Assembly: GCF_009914755.1 (NCBI RefSeq)
Contig: NC_060948.1
Length of the DNA: 64,000 nt
From: the human T2T-CHM13v2.0 reference genome, Homo sapiens
Reading direction: 5' to 3' (one strand)
Position numbers and translations under genes: made by a program
Shown here: piece after piece, positions 18,412 to 32,393 of the stretch
Numbering within the stretch: the first letter of the stretch is position 1
Layout: every line of letters begins with the position of its first letter
The notes under the pieces: generated by a model
Told to the model about the DNA's origin: nothing
Seen by the model: the letters and a program-made list of their open reading frames with translations, nothing else
Database searches by the model: none

Positions 18412-20844
18412 GAAATTTTGGTACATATGAACCTGGAATAGAGTACAGCCAAAAAAGGAACAAAATCATGTCCTTTGCAACAATGTGGATGCAGCTGGAG
18501 GTCATTAACCTGAACATATTAATGCAGAAACAGAAAATCAAATATTGAATATTCTCATAAATAGGAGCTAAAACTTGGGTGCACATAGAAATAAAGATGA
18601 GAACAATAGACACTGGAGTCTTCAATGGAGGGACAGAAGCAGAGGGTCAGGGGCTGTAAACCTTCCTATTGGGTACTAGGTTCACTATCTGGGTGATGGA
18701 ATCAATAGAAGTCTAAACGTCAGCATCATGCAATAGACCTTTGTAACAAGCCTGCACATGTACTCTCTGAATCTATAATAAAAATGGAAATAAAAAATAA
18801 AATTAAAATATTATTAAAGGAAATGATAAATTACATTTTAGAATTGACATGATTGCAGTCATACATGGTTGAAACATGATGGTAAAATCTATATAAGCTT
18901 TATGGGAACAGTGAATAGTCTCCTGACTGTCTTTAAAAGTATAAAAGATGGGATAGCTACCTTTATGCAAATTAACTAGACTTCAGTTGCACTAATTAAG
19001 AGAGCAACAGCTGAGTCAATTAAACGATGATAGCCAAGTTGTAAGTGATGTCGAAATTCTACCTTATTATATATTGACTTAGGAAATCATATCCCAACTT
19101 TTCTTCTATTTTGAGAAACATCACTTTACTAATATATAGAACAAAGATTGATTTTGCAGATTTGCATGGTTTCAGTAGAGCATATTTCATCTTCAAATAT
19201 GATAAGCACTTCCCAATCCATAAAACACTGTTAGAAAAAAACTCTCAATCAGGCTGGACACACATTTCAAAGAGCCTGTGAGTTTGCAAATCACGTATGC
19301 CTCACTCCCATCTTACCATGATAATGCATAGCAATTACATAGTGTTTCTTAGCTTGAAAGAGCCTAGGAACTTTAATTAATCCTTAGACTACCCAGTGAG
19401 AGAGTGATGAGAAATCCCTTGAAGAGATCATTTAACTATATAATTCACACTTACTTAAATGTAATTCAGCTTGTATGTCATGTTGTGTTTTCCTAGCTTT
19501 CTATTTCAATCTTCAGAGAAATAATATTTATCTGTGAATATATGATGCATAGGCATCTATTATGAATAAAACTGTATAGACTGCACTCTGCCACTAAAAG
19601 GTAACAGATACATGTACAGCCAACACATAAAAAACATCTTGTACATTCTGCTGTATTTTCTTTTCTTATTCATTTCATATCTTACTTTCAGTTATTTCAG
19701 AGTGGACTTGTTAGATTTGAATAGGCTAAAACTTATTAAAGAGGAATATACAATTCTCTTATTAATATTTATAATTACTTTAGTTTTTTGGAAATTGTAT
19801 TAAAATTAAATTTCTATAATTATGCTGCATGTAAAAGAATATCACATGTAAATGCTTCACCCAAATGAAAGAATATTTAATATTCAATTTAGAATTCTCT
19901 GTAGTAGGATTTCCTTCTCTTCAGGTAGCTGGCTACTGGGGCCTACCAAAACCAATCTATTTCTGCAGTAAAGGCAAACAATGAGTTACTCAGGAAAGAA
20001 CTCTTTCAGTCTGCAAAGTATAATACATCTTTTCCCTGAGCAGAATAAATTCTTATCCAGTTTTACTGTTCAACTAAAAATTCAATTGAAGTTCATCATT
20101 TTCTTTTTTATTACAAAGAAAATCTGGTTAATTTCTAATTATTTGTACTAAATCTATTCTCTATAACTACCTAAAATTACATAGACATACACACATGCAT
20201 ACAAAAGAAACAGTACAACTGGAAGACCAAATAATCTGTACACGTGATCTGTTTAAAAAAAAAACTTTCTATTCTACAATTTTCATTATAGGTTATAGTT
20301 GTAATTCAATCAATGGCCTATTTTAAATGAGTGTCTAAGACATCACTGGAGAAAGTATGTACAATGCAAGCAACATTTCCCTATGTAGACACTTTATTTG
20401 TAAATATATTTATACTGCAGAGTTAAAATGGTTAACTTTGTTGTCAAAGACTGATAATGGCTAAAGTTTTGTTTCTTAATATATGTATTCGATTTGTTGT
20501 TTGGTATCCTATAAACCTTTTATGCTATATCTAAGACTTAAAATGTATTAAACATTGTATGTTGGTCTTTATTGGAAGTCAGGTGGGGGGAACCCATGCA
20601 GTTGCTGCCTGGAGGATCTTATCTAACAAAAGAAGTCAATAACAGGCAGCTGAGTGGGCAGTGGTCCAGTGCCAGGTTTTTAGCTGAGACATGAATAAGT
20701 TTCTCAGGAATTCTCAGAAATATTTAAGGGATATGAAACTGGTTTACCAATGATCTTTAAAAAAAATCAGCTAAAGAATATCCTATAGTGTCCTGAGGAG
20801 AAAAATGAGCAAGGCAAATAATTTGAGATGGGAAACATACTAGT

Positions 20845-21030
20845 TGATTGCAGGAGAACAGAAAATCTCAAGCAGCAGTTTCACATGACTAGCAAAAACA
20901 CACCGTTAACGTAGCTGCATAAACTAGAAGTTGATAAGACTCCGAAAAACCAGAGTGTAGGCAAAGCTGGTTAGCAACAAGTGAACCCAACATGGTGTTG
21001 GCTTTGAGCTACGTTTCACCTTGGAGAAAA
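20845..21030 (+). mobile_element. Possible ERV1 LTR fragment
   Basis: Resembles MER4-group LTR sequence (gaacccaacatggtgttggctttgagctacgtttcacc); no clear termini. Confidence 0.35.
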
Positions 21031-21356
21031 TGGCAAAAAAATATACTGCTACTACCAAGCACCTCTGCTACTACCATGCAGCAGAGCAACTGATCAAAGG
21101 CAGCAATTGTCTAACTATGGCTGGTTCACATGTGAAAACTAGAAATCCCTGTTTGTTTAATTCATATTTACTCTTTCTGTTATATGAAGTAAAAAAAATT
21201 CCTTACTGACACAGTGCTTCATTTTTCTTCCTTATTCTCCACCATTTATTTTCTTCTCACATTAGTTATAGTTTGTAACTTATTTTGTCAAATATATGCT
21301 TTGCGGTAACATTGCAGTATTGCAGAAAACACACTGCATTGGAAACAGACTCATAT

Positions 21357-22099
21357 TGAAACGGGAAAACGTCCCTTATCCCCTGCTGCCAAGAGAGCAA
21401 TGAGGACAGGTTGTGGGGCTCAGATCCCACGCAACATCTAAGGGTGAATGTTTTCAGCTTCTGACTCCCCAGTGGGCATGTGTTACAAGGTGATAATTTA
21501 GTTTATCAATCTGTAGGCGGCTTGTGTTAGCTCAATTAGGCACCCTGCCTTACTGCAAAGACAGTGGGCTTTCTGGATCTCAGGGTTTCCTGCCTTGGTG
21601 TACCTGAAAAATTGGCTCACACATGGGCTTGGAGAATAAATGCAAGGTTTCATTGAGTGGAAGTTGTCAGCAGATGAATGGGGAGCCAGAAGGGAGATGG
21701 AGCAGGGAGGTGGTTTTCCCTTGGAGTGGGGCACGGTCAGCGATCTCCTCCCACAGCCCCAAGGAACTCCATGTTCTGCAGTGGATGGCCTGCCACCTCC
21801 ATCCTTGTACTCTTCTTCCTCTGGTGTCTTCTCAAGGTACAGTTGCTGTGTCTTCTTCTGCTGATAGTTCCTCTCAACGTCCAGCTGCTGTGTCTCTACC
21901 TGCTAGGGGCTCGGGGTTTCTTATAGCACAGGATGGGGGTATGGCAGGCCAGGGTGGTCTTGGAAAATGCAACACTTGGGCAAAAAAACCAGAAGTGCAT
22001 GTCCTCACCTAGGTCAGTGAGCACAGGCCTCAGGGTGGAACCCTAGCCAAGAACCACACCCTCCTCTACCAGGCATTTACCTGCTCCCCTTCCATATCA
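21357..22099 (-). mobile_element. ERV1 solo LTR (LTR27/LTR28-like)
   Basis: tgaaacgggaaaa...ccttccatatca (TG...CA) with a perfect 4-bp TSD ATAT (21353-21356 and 22100-22103); GC-rich island within AT-rich DNA. Confidence 0.85.
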
Positions 22100-23269
22100 A
22101 TATTTTTTTAAATTTAAAACTCCAAAAATGGTACCCAAATCCTTTAGAGAAGACAGTTGGAGAAAATGTCATTAGGAGAGTCGGTCTAGGATTAGGGTCA
22201 CTACATGGAAAATGGAAACACAGAAAGCATATCCTTCAGGCCGTGGAATCACTGCGGAAACATATCCCTTGCTGAGAAGGACAGGGAAACAAACTGGCTT
22301 CTCTCATCTTCTTGTTCTCTAATCTCTGTAGTGTCACCCCTTGACTAAGCTGAATCAGGAAGTAATTTTTTATGAGAGCCTAGGAAACATGCCTCCCAGG
22401 GCCCAGGCCACTCTATTAGATAACAGTGCCAGGGAGAGGTGATTGATGTGTCTGTGGGCATACAAACCCAGTACCTCACACAAAGGTGTATCAGAGACAA
22501 ATATAGTATCAAGGTATCAAGAGAAATTGTCTCAGGAACAATTCATGCATGTATTTGTGAAAAGACCGAAAAGTAAAACAGAGCTTATGAGATAGTTATC
22601 ATGACAAGAAGATAAAGAAAAGCAGGCAAAATTGTAAAGTCAAGGGTATTTACATTTCATTTATAGGATTTTGAAAATCCCTTACAGAATCCTTTTCCCA
22701 ATATCTTCCACTCATGGATTCATAAAAGAAATATTTACTGAGCTAGTATGGTCTAAGAATTGGGCAAATGGCATCATATGCACTGTTAGTACTTCTATCA
22801 TTGATAGAAAGAATGTTTCTTTTTTTCTACAGTGTTTTTCTCCCAAATATTCTTCAGGAAAATTCATAACTGTACAGATGTGATCAATTGTTCCTGCCCT
22901 AAGAAGGTTCCCCAAACCCCTGTAAACCCAGTTAAGAACTTCCTTCCTCTCCAATTAACTTACTAAATTGTATATATTGTAACACTTGTCAGAGTACATT
23001 GCAATTATTGCTCTTCCCTTCATCCTCCAATTAAACTATGAATATTTTACAGGAAAAGTCTATAAACACAATGGCTTGACATTTGTCAATATTTATTGTT
23101 CAAAAGGTTATTAGATATTTATATATAATAATCTAACATATTTATCCTAATTTCTGGAAAACAATATAAACAATGTTAATTGCCCATTCCCCATGAACTG
23201 CTCAACTTTAAAAAATGTCTGTGCTTTTGGAGCAGTTATACAAACTTCCAAAAGACACCTGAAAGAGTT

Positions 23270-23565
23270 TTTAATTTTTTTTTATTGTTATATTGAATTA
23301 TTTTGTAGAGACAAAGTCTTGCCCCATGGCCCAGGCTGAAGCGCAGTGTGTGATCACAGCTCACTACAACCTTGAACTCCTGAGTAAACAGAACAACAGA
23401 TGTGTGCCATCATGCCCAAATTATTAAATTAATTAATTAGTTACATTTGTGGAGATAAGTCTTTCTATGTTGCATGTGCTGGTCTTGAACTCTGGGCTTC
23501 AAACAATCCTCCCTTCATAGCCTCCTAAAGAGCTGCAATTCCAGGCATAAACCACCAGACCTCAA
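23270..23565 (-). mobile_element. Old Alu (AluJ-like, internally deleted)
   Basis: gagacaaagtcttgc...gatcacagctcactacaaccttgaactcctg...ggcataaaccaccagacc. Confidence 0.85.
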
Positions 23566-23859
23566 TGAAAAAAATTTAGACTTTAGAATATTGCAATATG
23601 TCAGGTTTAATTTCTTCTTTCAATTTTGCATTTACAGTGGCACTTGAGAATATTTCTTAGAGTGTGATTTCTCATATTTGGTCACCAAATTTTCAAATCT
23701 TTATTCTGTTACTTAAACCCTCATAACTGGTAGTCAAGTCGGCTGACAGTCGAGTACATGGGTGTTTTGTGTTGAGGTTATGAAGACAAATGTAGAGAGA
23801 TATTAAGAACCAAAGACATTTATTTTTTATATATGCTAAAGCTTTATCCTCACAGGTGA

Positions 23860-24183
<324 letters not shown>

Positions 24184-27100
24184 TCATGGCATGGGTAGTT
24201 TTATAAAATACCCTGAAATACATACTTTAGTAACCAGTTCAGCACTTGCAATTTCCCAACTTTGTTTTCATCAGGAGTTAATGATGTATGGCACTTCTAG
24301 TAAGTAAGTGTTTGAATTGCTGTGAGTTATTTTAGTCATTTCTCAGCTAACCACTTAAGTTATCAAAGATCTTTACTTGTGCAATATCATAAATGCTGAA
24401 CATTAAAAATTAGTCAACAGGATTAGCTGCCATCTAATGTGATATTTTTCAGTAAGATAACAGCAGTAATTATGCAAAAAATAATCATTCCCATAGTTTG
24501 AGCCATGATAGCAATTTCTACCTTAGGATTTCACAGTCAGAGTCCAGATCTGGGCAACAGTGATTAACATAGTGGTTACTAATGAGAAGAGATTTTGATA
24601 CATCTAGCTATATAAGATGTCAGTGCCTTGAAGGGACGGTTTTGGCATATTAATTAGAAAGAGTGCATTGGACTGGATACTAAGAAATATATTGCATTAT
24701 TTTTCTTGTCCTCTATAACAGGAAAGGTCAATTAGAGATATAGAAACAATGGAACATTTCACAGCATGGCTTGACATTTCACTGCAGTTTTATTTTTTTT
24801 TACCATGTACAAAGTTCATTAAATATGCAAAGGTAGGACTGTTACAGGATGAAAGTGGTGGAGTCAGAGGTCGTAATCCACAGCAACGTGATAGGCTCTT
24901 GCAGACGGTACCCTGAGTGCTGAATTAGAGTAAGAATCAGCTTTCAGGCTGCCAGCAGGGGACAAGGAGAATGAAGCTATCAGCAGTTAACAATATTGGA
25001 TTAATTGAAATGAATGTTGACAGAGATTTTATTGGCTTTACATCAAATTGACTATAGCACTTCAAATTGATTATTTGATAAGGGTAAACTCTTATCAAAC
25101 TTCCCACATGTAAAATTGAGGATTAATTAAAAGATTACACAACCCATACATATGGTATCTCAATTAAATTTCTATACACATGTGCAAAATTGCAGTATGC
25201 AAATATTTGTCTACATCTAAATATATCCAAATCCATTGATGAACAGCTAGAAATTTAGAAATTATTCTCCCATTTTACCATTCCCTTTCTGAGGATTTTG
25301 TCACAAATATTATTTTTCCATCTGTTTGAATCCTACTCTCTGGAGGCATGTAATGTATGGATACAGTAAAGCCATGAGATATTATGGGGTTTGTATCAGA
25401 GAAAACAATAACACTGGTGTTATAAAAGATCCATTGTGATTATTATAAAAAGTCCCCTTCCTCCTTACTTGTATCAAAGTCTTTTTCATCATGGGGGAAA
25501 TAATGCAACATACTTTGGTAAGTTAAAAAAGTATAAAAGTAAAAATAAATCCCACTGCAGATGGCAGGGGACCTTCTGTGTGTGTCTAGCGAGAGAATGT
25601 GGCTGAGCATTAAGGCCTACCTGAGTATTGGTGTAGACACCCAGTTTCCCTCCTACCAGAGTGAGTGTGGGCACGTTCCAGCCTGCGTGTTTGAGCTGGT
25701 GCATGTGTGTGCACACCTGTGCCTGTGTACCTTTGTGTACCTTGGTTTGGGGAGGGGACCCACATTCCCACCCACAGGTATGACTCAAACTCAGCTCTTG
25801 AGCTGCCAAGCAGGGGTCAGCCGGGTTTGGCAATCCAACTTCAGGACCCATGAAGCCTGAGCCCTAGGGAGACGTGAAGAGTCCTCATTGCTCTCACACA
25901 TGGCAGAGGTAGGAGGAAAAGGGTGGTTGGCGCGAGCTACCTAGAGAAGATGTCATGGACCTCAAATGACATCTGGAGGGAAATGAAACCTAGCAGCTGT
26001 CTTTGTCTTCCTGTGTGTTCAGTCGGTACATTCAGGGAAGAAGCAATGGAACCGGAGGGGCTTTGGGATGCACTGTCTGGGAATCCCTGTGCACCAGAGA
26101 GTTTCCAGCCCATGAGACAGGAGGACAGCATGTGGGCCCAGCAAGGCCTGAGTCTCCAGGGAAGTTGGCATTCTCCCCAAGAGGGCACGGGTCGGTAGGT
26201 GGAGGAGAAACCCAGGCCGCGGGGTCAGGTAGATGGGACACTTATCACTTAGCCAGGTGGGAGCTCAGGAGAATGCCTGGTGAGCAGCGGCCTAATAGGC
26301 CAGTGACACCCAGTTCCAGTACTGCATGTGTGGACACAAAAGCTTTGCCCTGTGCATCCTCTCCAGGGTGCCTCATGTGGGTGGACAGGAAGCAAGGCAC
26401 ACAGCATCCTAAGCTTATGGTCATGAGTGGACACAGAGGGGGTCTCCAGTATCACTAGTCCCAGGAGAGGCAGGCATGCATGATCTCTTCAGCACAGGGT
26501 TAAAATGCATAAGCCCAGCTCTCCACCCAGTGGGTGTCTTGCCCTGATGATGTCAGCCATGGCAGATACAGCTCTTCCACCTAGATTGCAGATCCACAGG
26601 CTTACGACTCCCCCCTGGCATTCTCCAGGAATGGTCCCTGGACACTGGACCAGCCAGTGCCCCACGGGTGTTCTTTCCAGCCTCCAAGCTCACGGGAAGC
26701 TCATTGATGACTCTCCTCCTAGTACATGGCCACACACAGGCACTATCAACAACCCAGGGTCCTTCTACATTCCAGGGTCCTGCCACCGTACCCAGCAGTG
26801 GGATAATGGAAAGGGAAAGAGCTGGAACAGACAGAGCAGAAGCCACAAGCCTCACCCTCCCGCATGGCAAGGGAATGAGGGGATCCTTCCCAGCCCAGGG
26901 AGCTGCTTCCTGAACACACCTGGAAGCCCAGCACCAGCTGAGGGATTCACTCCACCACACCTGGGCATGGGGGATTTCAATGTGTGCCAGAGACCTTGAT
27001 CCTGGTCGCCCTACCAGGTGTACTTCTCCTCCAGGTCACATTATGTTCACACCCTCCTTAAGCCAGATGGACTCCTTGTCCTCACCACTTAGTGTTGGCT

Positions 27101-27599
27101 GGAAGTGTTACTCCTGGTGCCCCAGCCACTGTTTCAAGGTGCAGAGACTGACAAGCAGACCCCTGAGTCCTTGTCCTCCTGTCCAAGTAATATCCACAGA
27201 AATGGTAGAAGAGTGGCACATTAGACCTCATGACATTTTTAAGGCTGACCTCTTTATAAGCATCTCATCCAGGTATTTATGAGTTTTTCTCATTTATTGT
27301 ATTTATTTATATCTCTCATTTAAAAATCAATTTATGCTTAGAGGTATTTCAACATATAACCAAATGTTCAGAGCTATGACATACAGGTTTCAAGCTTGAA
27401 AGTCTGTACCTGCTATTACGGTGGGTAAAACACATCCAGCACTTACAAAAATACGTAATTATTAGGCATGACCACTGTAGTGGTCTCAAACATTCAAATT
27501 CTCCGCAAACCCATTTGAAAATATTCCTGGTGGTACTGAACACAGTACTTGCTGCTAATGAATAAAAAACAGTGTAAGCATTTTCTGGATACTGGACCA

Positions 27600-27995
27600 C
27601 CTCTGGCCTAGCTAGGTTAGATAAGGTGAGACAGCTCTGCCTAAGTGTCCTGCTGTCACGGGGACAAACCCCTCAGGAGCCCTGGACCAGTACATCACGA
27701 AGTCTAACACCCTGATAACACTATGCAGAAGGAACATCCCATGGAGAGACTCGTAGAAATAGAAGATGTCTGAGGATCTCAGCAGTCCAGCCCCCACTAT
27801 CTGAGTCATGCTAGCCATGGCACCATGGTGATGAGAAGACATCTGACAATGTCCCCATCCTGAGCCATCACTAGACTGCATCCTCCTGAGTACCCCTGAA
27901 CCACAATCATTTGGCTTACAGACTGTGAAAGACTGCAGAGACTGAAGTTAGTAAATTATAATTATTGTTTTAAGCCATTAAGTTTTAGGTAATTT
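27600..27995 (+). mobile_element. MaLR (MLT1-like) LTR remnant; inverted paralog at about 58150-58970
   Basis: ...aattattgttttaagccattaagttttaggtaatt is the typical MLT1 3' end. Confidence 0.55.
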
Positions 27996-28461
27996 TGAAA
28001 AGTACTTTAGACTCCTAGAAAAACTGAGTTGTCTACTGATTTGAGTAATTGTGGAGAGCTTTAAAGGCCAATGTCATGAATGCTAATACCCTGGAAAAGT
28101 CAAACCATCAAGACTCTTCAAAACACAATAGATATTTAATGTCCCTTTGCTATGGCTGGAGAATAATATAACGTATCTGACAGAGTTTTTTGAAAGCCTC
28201 TATTCACATCTCTTGGCTGGGTATGGGTCAATTCTGGTCTGGTTTAATTCTAGTCAATTGCAGCAATTCATCTTTTGTTTTAGGTCCTGGCCTACACTGA
28301 TTTTTTGATCACTGACCATGTCTGTGTCTGTGCGTGTATGTTTTGTGTGTTACCATACTTTATCTGAAGGGGCTAAATAATAGTGCTACAGTTGTTTTGT
28401 AAACATAAAGCATTCCACAAAGACGATATTGCTTATCTGCTGAGCTTTAAAACAGATATGA

Positions 28462-28774
28462 GGCAGGGCATGGAGGCTCACACCTGCACTCCCAGCAGTT
28501 TGGCAGGCCAAGGTGGGCAGATCTCTCGATGTCAGGAGTTTGAGACAAGCCTGGCCAAGATGGCAAGATCCCATGTCTAGTATCATATCAAAGTTAGCCA
28601 GGCTTGGTGGCCCATGGATGTTATCCCAGCTACTCAGGAGGCTGATGCAGGAGAATCCATTGAACCCTGGGGAAGGAGTTTGCACGGTACTGAGATAACA
28701 CCACTGTGCTCCAGCCTGGGCACCAGAGTGAGACTCTGTCTCAAAAATAAAAAAAAAATAATAAAATAATAAAA
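28462..28774 (+). mobile_element. Alu (diverged)
   Basis: Dimeric Alu with A-rich tail; paralog at 57412-57712. Confidence 0.9.
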
Positions 28775-28809
28775 CAGGAGAGATCACTGAAGAAAGAAAT
28801 GCATAAAAC

Positions 28810-29108
28810 TGAGTGGGCATTGTGGCTCACGCCTGGGATCCCAGCATTTTGAGAGTCTGAGGTGGGTGGATCACTTGAGGACAGGAGTTCGAGACCAGCC
28901 TGAGCAAATATTGTGAAACCTCGTCTCTACTAAAAAAACAAACAAACAAAAATAGTTCGGATTAGTGTCATATACCTGCAGTCGCAGCTGCTCAGGAGGG
29001 TGTGACTGGACAATTGCTTGAAACCAGGATGGGGAGGTTGTAGTGAGCTTAGATCATGCCACTGCACTTCAGCCTAGGTGACAGAGCAGAATTCCATCTT
29101 AAAAAAAC
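28810..29108 (+). mobile_element. Alu (diverged)
   Basis: Dimeric Alu; paralog at 57052-57373. Confidence 0.9.
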
Positions 29109-29114
29109 TCAAAT

Positions 29115-29228
29115 AGAGAAAAAGATAGGAAGGAAGGAAGGAAGGTAGGAAGGAAGGAAGGTAGGAAGGAAAGAAGGAAGGAAGGACGGATGGAGGGAGG
29201 GAGGAAGGGAAGAAGGGAGAAAGGAGAC
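29115..29228 (+). repeat. (GGAA)n/(GGGA)n polypurine tract
   Basis: Directly visible. Confidence 0.95.
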
Positions 29229-29839
29229 AATTAAAGGCATAAAACCAACAGGAAATGAATAAAAATAAAAAGATGCCATTTTGCCCATTATACACATGAA
29301 TTTTTGAACTATGTTTGAAATAATATCTAGGTCTCTAGTTGACTAACTGAAGATTAAAATAAGCCGGCATCAAAATTACTCATGTAACTATGGGTGTTAA
29401 CTATGATTCTTGTAGTTTTCAACAACCAAATTCTAATTAATATTTGTCATCAAATCACATACTACTAGGGGCAGGGTAGTCTGTGTTATGCTGCCTAATC
29501 TACACTAGATTAAAAAAGAAATCAAATCTGCAAAAGGCTTTACAGTTACTATTATCAGTAAAGAGTGTTTTGTTTCCCAACTTGTGGACAGTTTTATTTC
29601 CACAGTGTTGATAGCTCTGGCAGAAAGCCTTCTTGGTCCAAACTCACCCTTTATCATCACAGTATTTACATGTTCAGGCATTAAGGGGAAAGAGCATCCA
29701 ATCCCACTGCTTTCCTGCATTGATTCCCATGCACAAGCAAAAGTGCTGTGTTAGCGGCTATCAAATATTCAAATATTTGATGAAGGAAATTTGTGTTTCC
29801 AAACTGTAAAACAAAAATATTACCATCCGTTGTATTTGT

Positions 29840-29990
29840 ATTATTTATTTACTTAGAGGCAGGGTCTTGCTCTGTCATCAGGCTGAATCATACATCACTG
29901 CAGTCTCAGACTTTTGGCCTCAGAGGATACTCCAATCTCAGCCTCCCAAAGTATTGAAATTACAGACTTAAGCCATTGTACCCAGGCTCA
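29840..29990 (-). mobile_element. Alu monomer (FLAM/AluJ-like fragment)
   Basis: gaggcagggtcttgctctgtc...cagcctcccaaagtattgaaattacagacttaagccattgtaccc. Confidence 0.75.
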
Positions 29991-30218
29991 AGTTTAGAGA
30001 TAAATGCTAATGAATATATTATAAACCATATAAATAAACATAATTGCAGGCTCTCCAGAACTGTAAGAAACCACTGAAAAACTACCATTGTGGACAAGGC
30101 TGCTGGCAACAATGTAATGCAAGCAAAGGAGTGGGTCCTTCCCCACTGAGTCTTCAGATGATACCAAAGGCCAGCTTGGCATTTCCACTGCAGCTTTTTG
30201 AGAGAACATGCAACATAG

Positions 30219-30254
30219 GTGTGTGCGTTTGTGTGTGTGTGTTTGTGTGTGTGT
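30219..30254 (+). repeat. Imperfect (TG)n microsatellite
   Basis: Directly visible. Confidence 0.9.
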
Positions 30255-31359
30255 AAGCATACATACAAAACCTGTTGAACAAACTAGGATCACCCACACA
30301 ATGGAATATGATGCAGCTTTTCGTAGATCTGTTAGAATTCATCCTGAATCAATCAGTTCCTGGGTTTTATTTATTTATTTTTTTGGCTGGTTGGTTACTT
30401 ATTACTAATGATTCCATTTTGGAAATTGAAATTGGACAGGTTGGAGCTGAGACTGGGTCCACTTAGGTTCTGCTGTGGAATGGAGAATGGCAAGCCTGTA
30501 ATTTTGGCTGTGATGGTTACTGGAAGGTCTCTGCATGGATGGGCTAGCTTTCTGCCTGCAGCAAGAGGTCCTCGGACTGACTATCAGCTCCCTTGACATC
30601 TGCTGTCACAGTGGGAGGGGCTGGAGCTGAGACTGCGATTCTCTGTTTCTGAATAAAGTCATGTGCTCTAGAGATTCTAATGCCCAGAGATTTCCATTAG
30701 ATATATCAGAAGTGATCTTCCTTCCAGGGGTACTAAGGCTTATTATATAAACTACTTGCACACTGGGTCCACGTAGGGCCAGAAACTTCATCCTTCACTA
30801 CTAAATTGCCTCTGCTTTTCAGCCTGGGGATGGGTGGAGCACACAGGGTTAGGACGGTCAAAAGTATGGCAGCTGAGATTGGGTGGGGACACATGCCCCT
30901 TCTGTGGATAGTCATCAAGCTGCTGCTTTGTCACAGCCTTGGAAGTTTTGCAGAGAAAATCAGGGTTGGATATGGCAGTCGGCCAGTGATTTGAGCCTGG
31001 CAGACTCCTCAACCATGGTTGGTTGCTGCAGAATGATGCTGTTGCCTAGTTTTTCTGGTGGTGCACCTCTGCTGGCTGGAAAGCAAAGCCACCAGTAAGA
31101 TTACTGTCATGGTCAATGTGAGCCCCATGCATGTACTTTGTTTCTAACTGACCCCAGTTGTCTAATACCCCTAGTGTTTCCCACAGGGTAAGACTAGAGA
31201 GAACATCATGTAAAGAATTGCAAAATGGAAAAGAAAAGGCTGAATGTACACCTTCAACTCTCTCCACCCTGAAGAAACAGTGAGTCTGGGGAAATTTTTT
31301 GTATGCAACACTGTGCTGGCTTGGGGAGGAGAAAAGTATCAGATTAAAACTGTTCTTTT

Positions 31360-31662
31360 GGCCGGGCACAGTGGCTCATGCCTGTAATCCCAGCATTTGG
31401 GGAGGCCAAGGCAGGCAGATCACGAGGTCAGGAGATCAAGACTATCCTGGCTAACACAGTGAAACCCCGTCTCTACTAAAAATACAAAAAATTAGCTGGG
31501 TGTGGTGGCAGGCACCTGTAGTCCCAGCTACTCAGGAGACTAAGGCAGGAGAATGGCGTGAACCCGGGAGGCGGAGCTTGCAGTGAGCCGAGATCACACC
31601 ATGGCACTCCAGCCTGGGCAACAGAGGGAGACTCCGCCTCAAAAAAAAAAAAAAAAAAAAAA
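31360..31662 (+). mobile_element. AluY
   Basis: gaatggcgtgaacccgggaggcggagcttgcag; pure poly-A; TSD AAAACTGTTCTTTT. Confidence 0.97.
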
Positions 31663-31890
31663 AAAACTGTTCTTTTATTCTATGTGTGTGGCTATTCTCA
31701 GTTCTACAACTGAAGAAGGTGTCACAGATTCAATCCCAAGTTATAGAATCATTCACTAAGGTGTCCTTATCTAAGGATAGCTGTGAGTTGAGGTTTTGGT
31801 TTTGCAGAGAGGGAGGGAGTTAGGAGAATCACAGAATGCCTATTCTGTCACATCAGACCCTAGAAACAGGCAAGTTGAAAGACTGGTTCA

Positions 31891-32189
31891 GGCTGAGCAC
31901 AGTGGCTCATGCAAGTAACCCCAGCACTTTCAGAGGCCAAGGTGGGCATATCATGAGGTCAGGAGGTCAAGACCACACTGGCTAACAGGGTGAAATCCCC
32001 TCTTTACTAAACATACCAAAAAATAAAAAATTAGCCAGGTCTGGTGGCACGTGCCTGTAGTACCAGCTACATGGAATGTTGAGGCAGGAGTATCTCTTGA
32101 ACCCAGGAGGTAGAGGTCAAAGTGAGCTGGGATCATGCCACTGCACTCCAACCTGGGTGACAAAGTGAGATCAGATCTCAAAGAAAAAA
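31891..32189 (+). mobile_element. Alu (AluS-like)
   Basis: Dimeric Alu. Confidence 0.9.
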
Positions 32190-32393
32190 TAGTGGTCCTA
32201 AGGGAGGAGGAGTTTAAAATGTTGGGGTGTTTCCATGGAAAAGCTGAAAGCTAGAGCAAACCAAGGGTTGGATTTAAGGAAGAGCTCACAGGACCACTGA
32301 AAACTACCTCTTTGTCCTCTATGGAATGCAGGAAATAGCAAATTCTGAGCTCCACTGCTTACTGATATAGGCAAGTTATCAGCCAGAGATACA

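Larger units (their letters stand above)
25441..29660 (+). repeat. Left arm of a large inverted repeat (partner 56105-61123)
   Basis: Reverse-complement colinearity, e.g. ORFs 25489-25851(-)/60762-61079(+), 28386-28820(-)/57365-57655(+), 29505-29720(-)/56084-56329(+). Confidence 0.95.

Noticed and set aside
21498-22012. Cluster of overlapping ORFs
   Set aside because: All lie in a GC-rich solo LTR bounded by a TSD.
25489-27282. Many 60-164 aa ORFs in the GC-rich block and its paralog
   Set aside because: Frames are not conserved between the two arms; expected from high GC content.
30400-31300. Moderately GC-rich segment with short internal repeats (ggagctgagactg, ctgggtccac)
   Set aside because: Probably an old L1 5' or LTR remnant; no coherent frame and I cannot assign it.
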